DNA from: Torpedo marmorata
Lineage: Eukaryota
Reading direction: 5' to 3'
DNA: 64,000 bases
Assembly: GCA_977017645.1 (NCBI GenBank)
Contig: OZ360227.1
Location: 154,442,001 to 154,506,000, forward strand
Shown here: piece after piece, positions 22,719 to 35,651 of the stretch
Layout of the letters: each line of letters starts with the position of its first letter
Position numbering within the stretch: position 1 is the stretch's first letter
The notes under the pieces: model-generated
Told to the model about the DNA's origin: nothing
The model's database searches: none
The model's input: the letters and a program-made list of their open reading frames with translations, nothing else
Translations under genes and position numbers: made by a program

Positions 22719-23689
22719 CTGAGAAGGGGGAAAAACTTTTATTTTGCTCTCTTCAATAAAAAAAATATCTCACATTCAGTTGGCATCACAGATGTGCTTT
22801 GAAGAGTGCAGACCCATCAAAATATTTAGATTACAATCCAATTCATCTGTGAACTAAAGAGAAACCTTACAATTACTATTCATTTATACAAGGGAGAGGG
22901 GTGCTCAATGTCTCCCTTTTAAAAGTCGCTTTTAATTTATTTCTGCAAAGTCATGCATTTTATAAGCATGCACTTCTGCATATCACAATGGGTAAAATTA
23001 GTGACGACATTCTATGCATTGATTAAAATTCTAAATTACTGTGTTGCTTGGGTTTCCAATCCTCAATGATTGAATGGGCATCTCCAAGAATTAAAGATTT
23101 ATCACCTAGAACCTGGAGCAAGCATCCTAGAATAAAACTGCCTTAAAAACATTTAAACATTCATCCTTGGTTGTTTGTGCCGAATGTACATAGTATGTTG
23201 TAATGTATGGGCATGATTCTCCTCCACTTTTGAATTATGGCTGCTGATATAATGAACATTTACAAGTGATCAAGGATTGATTTTACTCCAACTATAGTCT
23301 CTTCAATTATCTTAAATTATTTTCTACAAAATCATTGGAGATGGAGGGAATGGTTGTGAGACTGGATTGGGGCGAAAACTCAAGTGATATAACCTCCACC
23401 TAAACATCCAACGAGAATTGGCAAGCAAACATCGCAAGCCTGTAACTCCCCTAAAATATTAAACCATTCATTTCTCTCACATAATCCAGGTTTGATCTTA
23501 ATCACCAGACAAACAGGCAATTAAATTTGGCGCTTAATTTTAAGTTGCTTTCTTCAACTGTTTTTATGTCCAAACAACAAACTTGCATCTCATAATACTA
23601 CTGAAAACAGTATTAGAGTAAAACAACATAAATTCAGGCCAACTGGACAATCCCACTGATTATGCCCACACAGTCTCATCATCAATTCC

Positions 23690-23830
23690 TTGTATTTCTC
23701 TATTTCCCCAGGTTTCAATTAAATGCCTATCTGCTATTTACCTCAGCTACTCCCTTATTGCAGCAACATTCACATTCTCACCTCTCCCTCAGAGAAGTTT
23801 TTTCTACTGAATTCCTGATGGATTTTATAT
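23690..23830 (-). mobile_element. Ancient CR1-type 3' fragment
   Basis: CATTCACATTCTCACCTCTCCCTCAGAGAAG...CTGAATTCC resembles the reverse complement of the CR1 ORF2 end (FF.QRVV..WN). Confidence 0.45.
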
Positions 23831-24468
23831 TTATCCATTGAGTGTGAAGCTGTCTTCAAAGCTTAGAATATGATGTTTAAGTTTCTATTCAAAATTCCAT
23901 AATCAGTAAATAATTTTTGCCATTTTTCTTTCAGAAGCATCATCTCGAAGTTTGGAAAATGTGAGAAAATATTTATTCCAGGATGCATGAAAGTAAAACT
24001 CAGTAGCCACTGACATCTGCAGCTGCTTTGGAGCTGACTTTATCTTCCATTCATAATTTTTAACAATAGCTGTATATATGCTCCAAAAATAACAATGGCT
24101 GCTATTTAATTCCCAATGCAGCAAAATAAGACAGGAGTTTTTTTGTTAAAATTTTGGAAAATTTCTTTCTGTTTGTAGGGACTTCAACTCTACCTCAATA
24201 AAAAAAAGGATTTGTATTTGCATGACACCCTTGCAGCCACTGAAGTGCTTTTAGAGTTTGTTGCAAGAAATGCAATAGTGAAGTATGCACAGCAATCTCC
24301 CATAAAATAAACAATGCAATACTGACCAGACAGACATTGTCCATAAACCTATTGACTTCCACAGTTACCTTGACTATACACCTCCCACTATATATCCTGA
24401 AAGGATTCTATTCCTTTCTCTTAATTCCTCCATCTCCGGTGCATCTTCTCGCAGGATAAGGCTTTCCA

Positions 24469-24927
24469 AAGTTCAGATTTATTGTCAGAGTACATACATG
24501 ACATCACATACAACCCTGAGATTATTTTTCCTGCAGGCGAGGCAGAATGACCACTTATTGATAGTGCAAAAAACTGTACTCCAGAAAATATATACACGTA
24601 AACAAATAAAGAAATGTAAACAAACTGACTATGCAATACAGAGAGAAAGAACAAGCAATAAAGTGCAAAAGTAAGAGTCCTTAAACGAGTCTCTGATTGA
24701 GTTCTTTGTTGAGGAGTCTGATGGTGGATGGGTAGCAGTTGTTCCTGAACCTGGTGGTGCAAGTCTTGTGGCACCTATACCTCTTTTCTGATGGCAGCAG
24801 CGAGAATAGAGCCTGTGCTGGGTGATGTGGATCCTTGATGATTGCTGCTGCTCTCCAATGGCAGCGTTCCATGTAGATGTTCTTGATGGTGGGGAGGGTT
24901 TTGCTGTGATGTCCTGGGCTGTGTCCA
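24469..24927 (-). mobile_element. Rex/Babar LINE 3' fragment, third subfamily, inserted in the Penelope element
   Basis: Encodes IIKDPHHPAQALFSLLPSEKRYR; tail GACAATAAATCTGAACTT; TCCA at both junctions. Confidence 0.85.
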
Positions 24928-25059
24928 TTCCAGGACATCTGAGATGTCCTCCTCCTTCAGTAAACATTGCTTCCCTTCTACTGGCATTAACTGAGCCCTC
25001 ATTGTATTTCCTCTATTTTCCTCACATATATGCAGACCCCCTCCCCCCCCCCCCCCATC

Positions 25060-25197
25060 CCATTGATGCAACAAGAATAGAGCGTTATGAGGTAGGGAGG
25101 GTTTTGGTTTTTTTTTTGGTAGGTATATATAGGTTGTCTCAACATTGTGTACTGAAGGGCCTGTACTGTGCTGTAATATTCTATGTTCTCTGTTCTA
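25060..25197 (+). mobile_element. CR1/HER1 3' tail fragment
   Basis: GAAGGGCCTGTACTGTGCTGTAATATTCTATGTTCT; a similar fragment lies at ~35385-35490. Confidence 0.65.
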
Positions 25198-25689
25198 AGA
25201 ACAGGGTTCCCCTTGTCCTCACTTACCACCCCACCAGCCACCACATCCAACATATCATTCTCCGCAACTTCTTTCACCTACAACGGGATCCCACAACCAG
25301 ACACATTTTCCCCCCTCCTTCCCACTCCCTCGTCCACTCATCCCTTCCCACCAATAGCCCCCGCTGCCCCCCCTCCCCTGGAACCTACTCCTGTCTCCTC
25401 AAAAAGTGCTGTACTTCACGTACGTCTCCTCCTTCACCACCATTTGGGGCTGCAAACTGACCTTCCAAGTGAAGCGACACTTCGTCTGTGAATATTTAGG
25501 GGTCATTTACTGCATCTGGTGCTCCTGATGTGGCATCCTCTACATCAGGGAGACTGGACGCACACTGGGAGACCGCTTCGTTGAGCATCTTCACTCTGTC
25601 CGCTGCAATAGTGAGGACCTCCTAGTGGCCAACCCTGCCAATTCCACACCCCACCGCCACATTGACATGTCTGTCCATGGCCTCATGTA

Positions 25690-26073
25690 CAGGTGCTCCT
25701 CAACTTACGATGGGGTTGCGTTCCAGCAAACACATCGTAAGTCGAAAAAATCGTAAGTCGAAAAAGAATACCGCACCTACCTTTTTTTTATAATTAAATT
25801 TTGAATACCTTTATTCCACACTGAAAAAAAACATTAACGTACACAGCTGAAAGCACACTGGGCATGAAGAATGTTTGAAGCATTGAACTAAAATTCATTG
25901 CTGGATGGTGAGGATGGTGGGGATGCTAAAGCGACAGGGTCATCAATTTCACTCTCATATCCGCATATCGCAAGCGCGGGAACAGATCGGAATTCGAAAT
26001 CGAAAGTGCGGATTCGAACCGTCGTAATTTCGAAAAATCGTAAGCTGGGCCATCGTAAGTAGGGGAGCACCTG
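25690..26073. mobile_element. Tigger/pogo-like MITE inserted in the Penelope element
   Basis: TIRs CAGGTGCTCCTCAACTTACGATGG / CCATCGTAAGTAGGGGAGCACCTG; TA TSD; removing it restores GGCCTCATGTACTG as seen at ~34895. Confidence 0.92.
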
Positions 26074-27649
26074 TACTGCCAAGTTGAGACCACCCACAAA
26101 TTGGAGAAACAACACCTCATATTCCGTCTCGGCAGTCTCCAACCAGACAGTAAGAATATTGATTTCTCAAATTTCCATTAACACCCTCCCCCAGGCTCTC
26201 TCTATTATCCCTCTGTTTCCCTTCCTCCAGCTCCCCCCTCTTCCCTTCCTTCTCCTATCAGAAAGCTATTCTCCTTAGTCCTCTGCCCTCTCCCCCATCA
26301 CTTCTCAACTTCTTTCTCTTCTACGCCACCCCCCCCCCCCCATCAGTATCCACGTATTATTGTTGGCCTGTGTTCCTCCCCTTTCCCTCCCTCCCTACCT
26401 TTTTATTCAGGCATCTGCCCAAATTTCGGCATGCCTGAAAAAGGGCTCAGGCCTGAAACTTCGACAGCCTTTACTTTCCATCGATGCTGAGTGTTTCTGC
26501 ATGTTTCAGTAACATTGAGTTGTGTTAAATATTCAGAATAATGCTCCCACTCATCTTTAGATACTGATATTTGTCTTTCATGTCTCTTGAGATAGTAGAC
26601 AGGGCCTCAGTTTAACACTTAATCCAAAAGTCAGCATATCCAATTGTGCTTTCTCAGTACACAGTAGGTATTAATGAAAAGTTTGGGTTCTGGTCTCTGG
26701 AGTGTGACTTGAATCCACAATCAGAAGTGACTGTGCTACCAACTTAGCCACAGATACCTACCTGTAAGATGTTCTTTGTTCTGCCATTTTCCTTATATAA
26801 CCAAAAATAAAGTTAAAAAAAAGATTTAGTTTGAAAATTTAGTATCATAAGGGGAAATACAAGTGGTCAGGATTCAATAGCATAGACTGCATTGTTAAGA
26901 ATGATTTACTGAAGTTTTGGCTTGATTACCTTTGGGGTTCCCTTGCCTCTTCACTCATCAGCTATTTTCTTGTGCCTTCAAACCTTCGTCAGGAGGTAAA
27001 GAATGAACTAAACATGGGCTGATATGAGGAATATGTTGAAAATGCAGACGGCTTTTCATATTCCAGACTTGTTTGGAGATACCACAGTTAACTCTGGGAC
27101 TTTGAACATAGTATGCCAGTGTTCTTATCTCATAAACATAGTTGCCTGGATCCTCAGCTGAAAATCATCTGTATGAGAACTTATTAATTTAGGGTGAGTT
27201 GATCAATTGCTTTATTTTAATATCCTTGTCAGATGAACGGGTGGCAATTTTAATTCAATTTGCAAGTTAGAACTGGGCAGATGTACGTTACACGAGGCTT
27301 CCAGAAGTTGATCAGACACAATTTTAGTTTGCTTAATGTATTGAGAGACAGAAAGACCATGCATAAAGATATCAGCATTCTTTACTTTATGCATATCTGA
27401 TCTCTGATCCAATGAGAACCGAGTTTAAGTCTGAATAGGAAGTGACAGTGCATCAACCCAATGAGGAAGAGGTGGCCCAAAAATATTGGAGTAAAATTTT
27501 TGGTTTGCTTTCAGCATTGATCCAGGGATGCTCTGCCAGTTCCCACAATGAATAGTTAGATAGCCATCATGCCCCCTATCTTTCAAATAAAGCCACATCA
27601 TTCTCCTCCAATCATAGATGGCTCGTTTATCTCTTCAGCAGGACATCTG

Positions 27650-27835
27650 TGGCATTATCTTCAGAGAAGTTCACAGTTCTCTCAGTGTTCTGATCAATAT
27701 TCTTCCTTCAAACAGCACCACCTTATTACTTTTTATAGGACACTAATGTGTGTAAAATGGCTGCCACAATTTGTCAACATAACAATAAAGTAATTCACCA
27801 AATGTGAATCCTGTTGCAATGTTTTGAAGCAACAA
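27650..27835 (+). mobile_element. Deu-domain SINE 3' fragment
   Basis: TGTGTGTAAAATGGCTGCCACAATTTG and the upstream CAATATTCTTCCTTCAAACAGCACC resemble 11780-11900. Confidence 0.4.
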
Positions 27836-29874
27836 ACAGCAAATGAAAACCTTTTATGCTCTGCTGCTACCTCTTACATAGCCCACCACTGGATTACATC
27901 TCAGTCATTCATGACATAAATAGGGTGTATATTTAATGTTTATCATTAACTTTATACCTTACTGCTAACAACAACGATTTGTTCGTAAATGGCATGCTAG
28001 ATGTAGATCTATCACGATAAGGGCAGATGTTAAAATCCACAGATTATTTTGAAAGAATTATTGCTCCTTAAGAAGGAAAAATGCAAGAAAGGATTCTACA
28101 TCCAAATAAACAGCTTCAATCATTCCCATTTACCTCATTGTCTTTAGATACAAATCTCAACATTGCAGATATATCTAGAGCAGGCAGCTGTATTAAACAA
28201 ACTTCAATACAAGTCTCAGGTGGAAACTATAAATATTGTGCATTAGAAGTCCTAGTTATTTTGAGCTTGTATGATGATAGAGCTAGATTTAACCTCTCAA
28301 ATACCATTTCACCACAGACCAATTTTAAATCAAGTAAAATGAGATATGGCACTTGTTTTAGGTCCTCTTAATCACTACTACTTCACAGACCAACTGTAAC
28401 TTTCTTTAGGTCCTCTCAAACATGAGTACACCATGGAACAGCTCCACAAAGATTGGAAGTCTTTCGACCAACCCTAGATTTAAATGTAGTTCAAGGTGGC
28501 AAACAGTTAACAGTATATCATGTTTTGCACAAAGTGAATTCCTTTGGACTTCTCAACCCAATTTGTGTTGTGGTGTTATGGTTCAAGAATGCAATGAAGT
28601 AAAGACCAGTAATACCATGCAAGAATGTAACCATGCTTGAGTTCATTGTTTGGTCTCTTCATTGCCTACTGCTACTGAATAAACACTATCTGGTTCTTCC
28701 ACTTCCTCAAATTGTACTTTTTAATTTATTTGACAGAAAGTGTGCACATACAGTGGCATCCTGCAATCAGCACTTTCAGTTTTCCAGTCAGAGGAGGAAA
28801 TAAAGTGAGAATAAAATTCAATTAATGGCAACAGGGTTCAGATTAGAACCAATGTGATGTTCCTCACAGACTGAAGTTATGCTCCGTCAAGTGCAAACTC
28901 CAATCAACATGTGCTTTGACATCCAGCTTCTACAGGTGCATTTGTACAAATTCGGATCCTTGAGCCGTTTTGTGTCGCTGCAAAACTTCATTTGCGGAGG
29001 ACCATTTCTGTCATTTTACGGAGATCTCTATTGCATAGAGAGCTGTGAACTCTTAGATCTGACTGGGTGGTAAGAAAATAATAATTAAACTGTATACAGC
29101 TATTAACAGTTTGTGTAAAATAAATTTGTAAAAGTGACAGTGGGAGGGAAAGAATAATAAAACTGTGACAACACTTTGAAAAAATAAATGGGAGAATCTA
29201 TAGAAGAAAATTAGAACTGCAGAAAGTGTACAGCACAGTACACTGTGTGTATAATTAGAAGGACAGGTATTAAAATGTTGTTTCTGTGTTGTGACTGAAA
29301 CACAATTCTACTCCTTACTTCACGAAAAAGGGTTGTTTTTTAACATGCAAATAAATAATTCCAATCTGTTCCATTCATCTCATTTCCTGTCAAGTTGCTT
29401 ATTTATTTTTTAAACCTTTTTTATTAGACTGAGGTGTGGATTAGGTAATTACTGAAAATTCTGAGATTTGGAAGCTTGCCTTCCACCAGCATTAAGGAAT
29501 TATAAACTGTACCTCGAGCGAGGAATCCACTTTNNNNNNNNNNNNNNNNNNNNNNNNNNNNNNNNNNNNNNNNNNNNNNNNNNNNNNNNNNNNNNNNNNN
29601 NNNNNNNNNNNNNNNNNNNNNNNNNNNNNNNNNNNNNNNNNNNNNNNNNNNNNNNNNNNNNNNNNNNNNNNNNNNNNNNNNNNNNNNNNNNNNNNNNNNN
29701 NNNNNNNNNNNNNNNNNNNNNNNNNNNNNNNNNNNNNNNNNNNNNNNNNNNNNNNNNNNNNNNNNNNNNNNNNNNNNNNNNNNNNNNNNNNNNNNNNNNN
29801 NNNNNNNNNNNNNNNNNNNNNNNNNNNNNNNNNNNNNNNNNNNNNNNNNNNNNNNNNNNNNNNNNNNNNNNNNN

Positions 29875-30031
29875 CGCTTTATGAAACTAGAGCGTTCCTA
29901 TGAAACCTTTCGTAAGCTGAAATGGCATAAAGCGAAGACCCATTCAAACCCCATTCAAATCCTTTCGTAAAAGCGAACACGGCTTTATTCGTAAAAGCAA
30001 ATTTTCGTAATTCGAGTATTCGTAAAGCGGG
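29875..30031. mobile_element. Tigger-like MITE fragment between two N runs
   Basis: Repeated TTCGTAAA(A)GCG subterminal motifs typical of Tigger-like ends; the termini are hidden by Ns. Confidence 0.6.
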
Positions 30032-31319
30032 NNNNNNNNNNNNNNNNNNNNNNNNNNNNNNNNNNNNNNNNNNNNNNNNNNNNNNNNNNNNNNNNNNNNN
30101 NNNNNNNNNNNNNNNNNNNNNNNNNNNNNNNNNNNNNNNNNNNNNNNNNNNNNNNNNNNNNNNNNNNNNNNNNNNNNNNNNNNNNNNNNNNNNNNNNNNN
30201 NNNNNNNTGTAAATAAATATTTAGATGCTAAACTATACCGGCAAACCCCATATTATTAAAATGATTAAATGTTATATACCACTGTGTAGTAGCCATAATT
30301 GACTGCAAGTGTTGACTATTTCTATAAAGTTTTTGCAGCAGGAGCGACCATGTGCAGGAAGATATATTCAGCTGCTATCACATCACTCCTGGATGCACAG
30401 CCAGCCTCTCACCACCTGAGACAGATCACGACGCGTGTTGTACTCACTCATGCACGCCAAGCAATACACAGGTTTAGTGTAAAGCGACTTTAAAAGCTCA
30501 TCGGGCACGTACTTTGCTTGTATGAAATACCTTATTCATGACAGAGCAGCAAGTGCATAGNNNNNNNNNNNNNNNNNNNNNNNNNNNNNNNNNNNNNNNN
30601 NNNNNNNNNNNNNNNNNNNNNNNNNNNNNNNNNNNNNNNNNNNNNNNNNNNNNNNNNNNNNNNNNNNNNNNNNNNNNNNNNNNNNNNNNNNNTTAAAGTT
30701 TGATGAGTTGGCGGCAGAACGCTTCCTAGCTGCTGCACAAGAACCACTTATTTTGCTGAAATTATTTAAGATGAAGGGGCAAGAAGAGGGAGAGAGAGTG
30801 AGGAAAGGAGAATAAAAATATGGGCCTGTTTGGGATACAGAACCGGAATGATGACACTGGTAACACCATCCAGTTTACAAATGGTGCCAGACTGCCACTT
30901 GTGAACTCCAATCTGACAAGGGCGATTTGATATCATAGCTCTGCTTCAGTTTAATTTATTGCAAATGTAGGACACAACTCCCTGTGTACTCATTTCACAG
31001 TTTTTCAAATGAAATTACTTTCATGCAGTATTTCCCAACATACCCCTTATATGAAAGTCAGAGAAAACATTATTAAAATTTATGCAAGGAGGTATTATTA
31101 TGTTTGATCAACCCACAGATGGCAATGCATTCAAATCTGTAATACAGTGAGCAGTGGGTTTCAATGCACACTTTTATTTTACCCTTTTACTTTAATGAAA
31201 GCTTTCAACCCACAACTGTCCCCCCTCCCCACCTGACACCAAGGACAAAAAAACTTTTGAGGTGTGAATTTATCATCTCGCAGCTGTTAGACAAATTCTA
31301 AAATGTGCTGGCTATCAAA

Positions 31320-31650
31320 ACAAAGGCACAGAAATGCATACAGTTCCACACATACGGATTCACACATGGACTCAGGCAGATGCACACAAGCACACACATA
31401 AATGCACCCCAAATACAACACAGAAACACTAACACATAACAAACATACACACACAAAGAAGACGAACTCAAACACACACTCAATTTGACATAAAATAACA
31501 TGTACACATGTACATATAGAAATGTGGTCAAACACAGGCACACACAGAAACAAAAATTTGTAAGCACACATATACGTGCAATCTACATAGAATTCTGCGC
31601 ACATTTATACAACCAACATCCATACATGCTGACAAACATACACACTGGAA
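31320..31650. repeat. CA-rich low-complexity tract
   Basis: Interrupted ACAC repeats; the overlapping Val/Cys-rich ORFs are artefacts. Confidence 0.75.
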
Positions 31651-33307
31651 AACATGCTACATCAAGAAGTCTGATGGACACATTTAGAAATGTACATGTG
31701 CAGGGTACATTCACAAAATCTGCAGTTGAATTTGCTGATTAAAGTCTAACAAACACACAAGCTGTGACAAGCTAAACCTACTGAAACACCTGCTCACTGC
31801 CCAGAATCTGGGAGAGAGCAAAAACAGCATGTAAATCAACACAAGGAAGAGATAACTGACAAAGTGTATAAAATCAGAGCATTTTTTCATGTAGAACCTT
31901 CATTTCATCCAAACTCCCTGAGCTTGTTCACCAATACATTATCATTTCCAACGGGACAATCATGCAAACAATACCATGTTTGGCAGTTCTCAACTTTCTG
32001 AAGAAATGGATAAATTAACCCACTGCATTCTTTATTTAACAATGTGACATTGTGCTAAAAATACTTATTTTTAAGTCTGAGGTGCATTATAAAAAAAAAC
32101 AATTACAGTCAAAATCTTTTGAAAAGGCAGCTTAGTAAAGCTATTTTGCTTTTGGAAGTAAATACTTTTCTTGGGCAAGGGTGAGGGGTGGGGGTTGGGT
32201 TGGCAATAGGTTAGGTGGTGGGAGTCTCTGAATAAGAACAAAGAGCTGGTGGAATATCTTGAAAGATATTAGTTCGTTTTTATTGTTTTTTGCCACAAGA
32301 AAGAGAAAAAGTAAAAAGTAAAGTTCACTGCATTTTCGCTTTGGTTCTGACACCTAAGTTGTGAGCAATGCAAATGACTAGCCACATTGGATTTTCTGTG
32401 TGATACTTTTCCTTTCCTTTTTGCTCCCAGATTTAAACAAAGGATAAAACAAAATTTTACTCTCAAACAAAGAATTTCCCTGAACGGACCCACTGCCCAG
32501 CAGGTCACCTATCTTTGCGACAGTTTTCCTTTTCCCACGCTAACCCCGGGGCTCATTTGCATAAGGACTCTGTTGTGACAATTAGTTTCAGGTGAGCTGA
32601 TTTCTATGCATCTGGGCCCAAGACATTGCAGCTACTCTAGACCTCCCTGATGCCTTTCCTAATTGCGACTGACTGGCACCAGACACAATCGCCCGCTTGA
32701 ATCAGCAAATTGTCGTCTCATGTAACATGTTGCGACCTTGCATTGCGCAAATCATATCACTGTGCCCGGCGAGGTAAACAAGGAATAATGTGAATTCAAA
32801 GCCCAGCACAATAGCCAGTTGATCCTCCCCTTTCACCTCCTGACTGCTGCAAGTTTTTATTTAATCTGTTCTGCTTGGTGCCTGGGCATCTTTCTGTCAC
32901 ATTTCTGGAGCATTGTCAAGTTCCTGTGTACAGAAATGTATAATTATCATGTATCCGTAAGGGAGTGTATAATTTTCCCCAATTATGAAAGGGATCCAAG
33001 ACCACTAAAGCTACCCCTGTCTCAATGCAATAATGATGGTTTTCTCTCCTCCTTTATTTTTGGGTTGTTTTGATTGTTCTCCCCCCACCCCCCCCCCCCC
33101 ACACCCACCCCCCCTTCCCCACCACCCTCACCAACACCCCACTCTGATAATCTTGCACAGATCCACACCTTTCGGCAAGGAAGCTCAGGCAAATGTCGGA
33201 GGTAGCACCATCGGAACATGAGCGACAAGTCTTATTTTAAAAGTGGAGCTATTTGTTCTTTTATAAAAAACTTGATTGATTTGCAATTTTCACCAGTGTC
33301 CTGTTAG

Positions 33308-33376
33308 TGAGAGGGTAAGGGAGAGAGAGAAAGAAAAAGAGAGAGAGAAAGAGAGAGAAAGAAAGAGAGAGAGAGA
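33308..33376. repeat. GA-rich microsatellite
   Basis: Direct reading. Confidence 0.9.
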
Positions 33377-34321
33377 GTGTAAATGGTGTGATGTATGTTT
33401 GCCTAGGCCTAGAGGTTTGCCCTTCAAGCCCTCTGAACCCTGGCAGTATCCGTGTTCAATGAATGGGGCCTGATTGTGTCCCCACCAGACATGTTGTTTG
33501 TGGTTCTCAGGATCATAGGTACCAAGTATCATCACAGTTGGTACTCCCATTCATACAGTGTATCACAAAAGTAGTGACTCCCAATGATACTTCAACTATC
33601 CCATAAATGCTTGTCATAATACAAGCCTCATGTAGCAGAAGAAGAAAGCTATGGCCTTTTGATATTCCTTGAAAGAACTCTTGGTTCAGCTCCCAAGATG
33701 TTCCGACTCATTTAAATGCCAAAACTGAAGAAAGTTGTGGCCCCTATCACTGGTGTAGGTTGTAAGCGACATGTACAGACTGAAAAATGCACAGGAGGAA
33801 AAATATTTTGATCATGAGACAAAACTTTTATGATATTACGCTAACTGCTCACTCCCTCTCTATATACCTCTTGAAGTGTAGGACCTGGTTATGTTGTAAA
33901 GGAAACTGGGTTATCTTTGAAACTTAACACTTCAGTTTAAAAGGAAAGTCTCCAGTGCACCTCAAAACTGTTACATCTGGAATTCTGTGTGGGTGATGAG
34001 AAAAATCACCAAGGAAATGGAACAGCATGTACCTTATTTGAGAGATGCTATTAAGTTACCTACATCTGCATCTCTTTTGAATTATAAGGTCTTCCCTCGT
34101 GCACTGAACTCCAACAAATAGTGCCACTCTCTCTTTTCACTGTCTCATTTGTGAAAACACATGTACAAAATCCACAAAAACAACTTTAAATTTTGCATCC
34201 CAAAGCAACTTTGTTTTCTGGTGAATAAAAGGAAATCACTCTTGTTTTCTGACATCCTCCTGAATCTCAACAGATTCACTGGATTCTTAAAAGGTCCACA
34301 GAGCAATTGAGTTTTATCTTA

Positions 34322-35335
34322 CAAAGCGTCATCAACTCAGCCGTTACCCACATCTTCTCCATTTCATGCTCATCTACCCTGGCCCCCTCTGCCCCCAGAT
34401 GTAACAAACACAGGATTCCCCTTGTCCTCACCTGCCACCATACCAGCCTCCGCATCCAACAAATTATCCTCCGTAATTTCTGCCAACTACAACATGATCT
34501 CACCACCATACACATCTTTCCTTCTCCGCCTTCCGTAGGGACCGCTCCCTCCATGACGTCCTCGTCCACTCATCCCTTCCCATTAATCGCCTCCTTGGCA
34601 CATTCCCGTAAGGCCGCAGGAACTGCCACACGTGCCCAAACCTCCTCCCTCACCATTATTCGGGGTCCCAAACAATCCTTTCAAGTGAGGCAACACTTCA
34701 CTTGTGTATCCACGGGATTCATCCACTGCATCCAGTGCTCCCGTTGTGGCCTTCTCTACATCAGAGAGACTGGACGCAGACTGGGAGATCACTTCGCTGA
34801 GCACCTTCGCTCTGTCAACATCAGTGACAGGGATCATCCAGTGGCCAACTATTTCAATTCGTGCCGCACTTCCATGCTGACATGTCTGTCCATGGCCTCA
34901 TGTACTGTCCAACCAAGACCACCAGTAAATTGTAGGAGCAACACTTAATTTTATGTCTGGGCACTCTCCAATCGGATGGCATTAACAATGACTTCTCCGG
35001 TTTCTGCTAGCCTACTCTCCGTTCTCCCTCCCTTCCCATTCCCTTTGTCTTCTTTCCTCCAGCTTTCCACCCCCTTCCCTTTCCATTCACAGAGCCACCC
35101 CCTCCCCCTGCTTATTGGTGTGCCCTCCCTCCCTTATTGACCTATTATCTCCTGCCTGTGGGACTGTGCTCTTCCCCCTGCCCCTCCCCCCACCATTTTG
35201 TTCGGGTGCCTGCCTTGATTTTGTCATACCTTGATGAAGGGTTCAAGCCCGAAACGTTGGTTATGTATCTTTATCTTTGCTCTATAAAATACACTGTTTG
35301 ACCTGCTGAGTTTCTCCAGCATTGTGTTTTTAAGT
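34322..35335 (+). mobile_element. Penelope-like element, GIY-YIG endonuclease remnant plus 3' terminal repeat
   Basis: ORF 34307-34948 contains RIPLVLTCH and HFTCVSTGFIHCIQCSRCGLLYIRETGRRLGDHFAEHLRSV; the terminus has TTGATGAAGGGTTCAAGCCCGAAACGTT. Confidence 0.9.
35225..35269 (+). ncRNA. Minimal hammerhead-ribozyme-like motif (Penelope type)
   Basis: (C/T)TGATGA-A-GGG TTCAAG CCC-GAAAC GTTG GTT; core boxes flank a 3-bp stem II; located in a PLE terminus where such motifs are known. Confidence 0.55.
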
Positions 35336-35344
35336 GAAAATTAA

Positions 35345-35600
35345 AAAAAAAACTGTAATGTTGGAAATCTGAAATAAAATCTGATGGTTTTGCAGTAGGA
35401 AATTTCTAGGCAGTTGTTAGAGTAGGTTATTAGGCCAGCACAACACTGTGGGCCGAAGGGCCTGTACTGTGCTGTAGATTTCCCTGTTCTAAAAACAGAA
35501 AATTCTGGAGATACTCGGCTTCTTCGACTTGTAATGTTAACTCTGTTTCTCTTTCCACAAGTGCTGCCTGACATGCTGAGAGCTTCTAGCATTTTCTGTA
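35345..35600. mobile_element. Old fold-back Penelope termini interrupted by a CR1 tail (~35385-35490)
   Basis: AATGTTGGAAATCTGAAATAAA...CAGAAAATTCTGGAGATACTC and TGCTGCCTGACATGCTGAGAGCTTCTAGCATTTTCTG. Confidence 0.5.
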
Positions 35601-35651
35601 TGTCATTCTATGCTACACTGGTTTTGGTTACAACCTATCAAGTATTAAGTA

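Larger units (their letters stand above)
24333..26505 (+). mobile_element. Penelope-like element (RT thumb, GIY-YIG, terminal repeat), degenerate
   Basis: HKPIDFHSYLDYT..KDSIPFS; RVPLVLTYHP; GVIYCIWCS.CGILYIRETGRTLGDRFVEH; KLEKQHLIFRLGSLQP; hammerhead-like end at 26434-26462. Confidence 0.85.
24205..26753 (-). mobile_element. Deu-domain SINE split into two parts (~24205-24335 and ~26515-26753) by nested insertions
   Basis: GACAGGGCCTCAGTTTAACACTTAATCCAAAAG and the head TGGAGTGTGACTTGAATCCACAA...GTGCTACCAACTTAGCCACAG; collinear with the copy at 40180-40535. Confidence 0.6.

Noticed and set aside
29468-29884. ORFs spanning N runs (also at 30.5, 57.1, 61.0 and 63.5 kb)
   Set aside because: Open only because Ns translate as X
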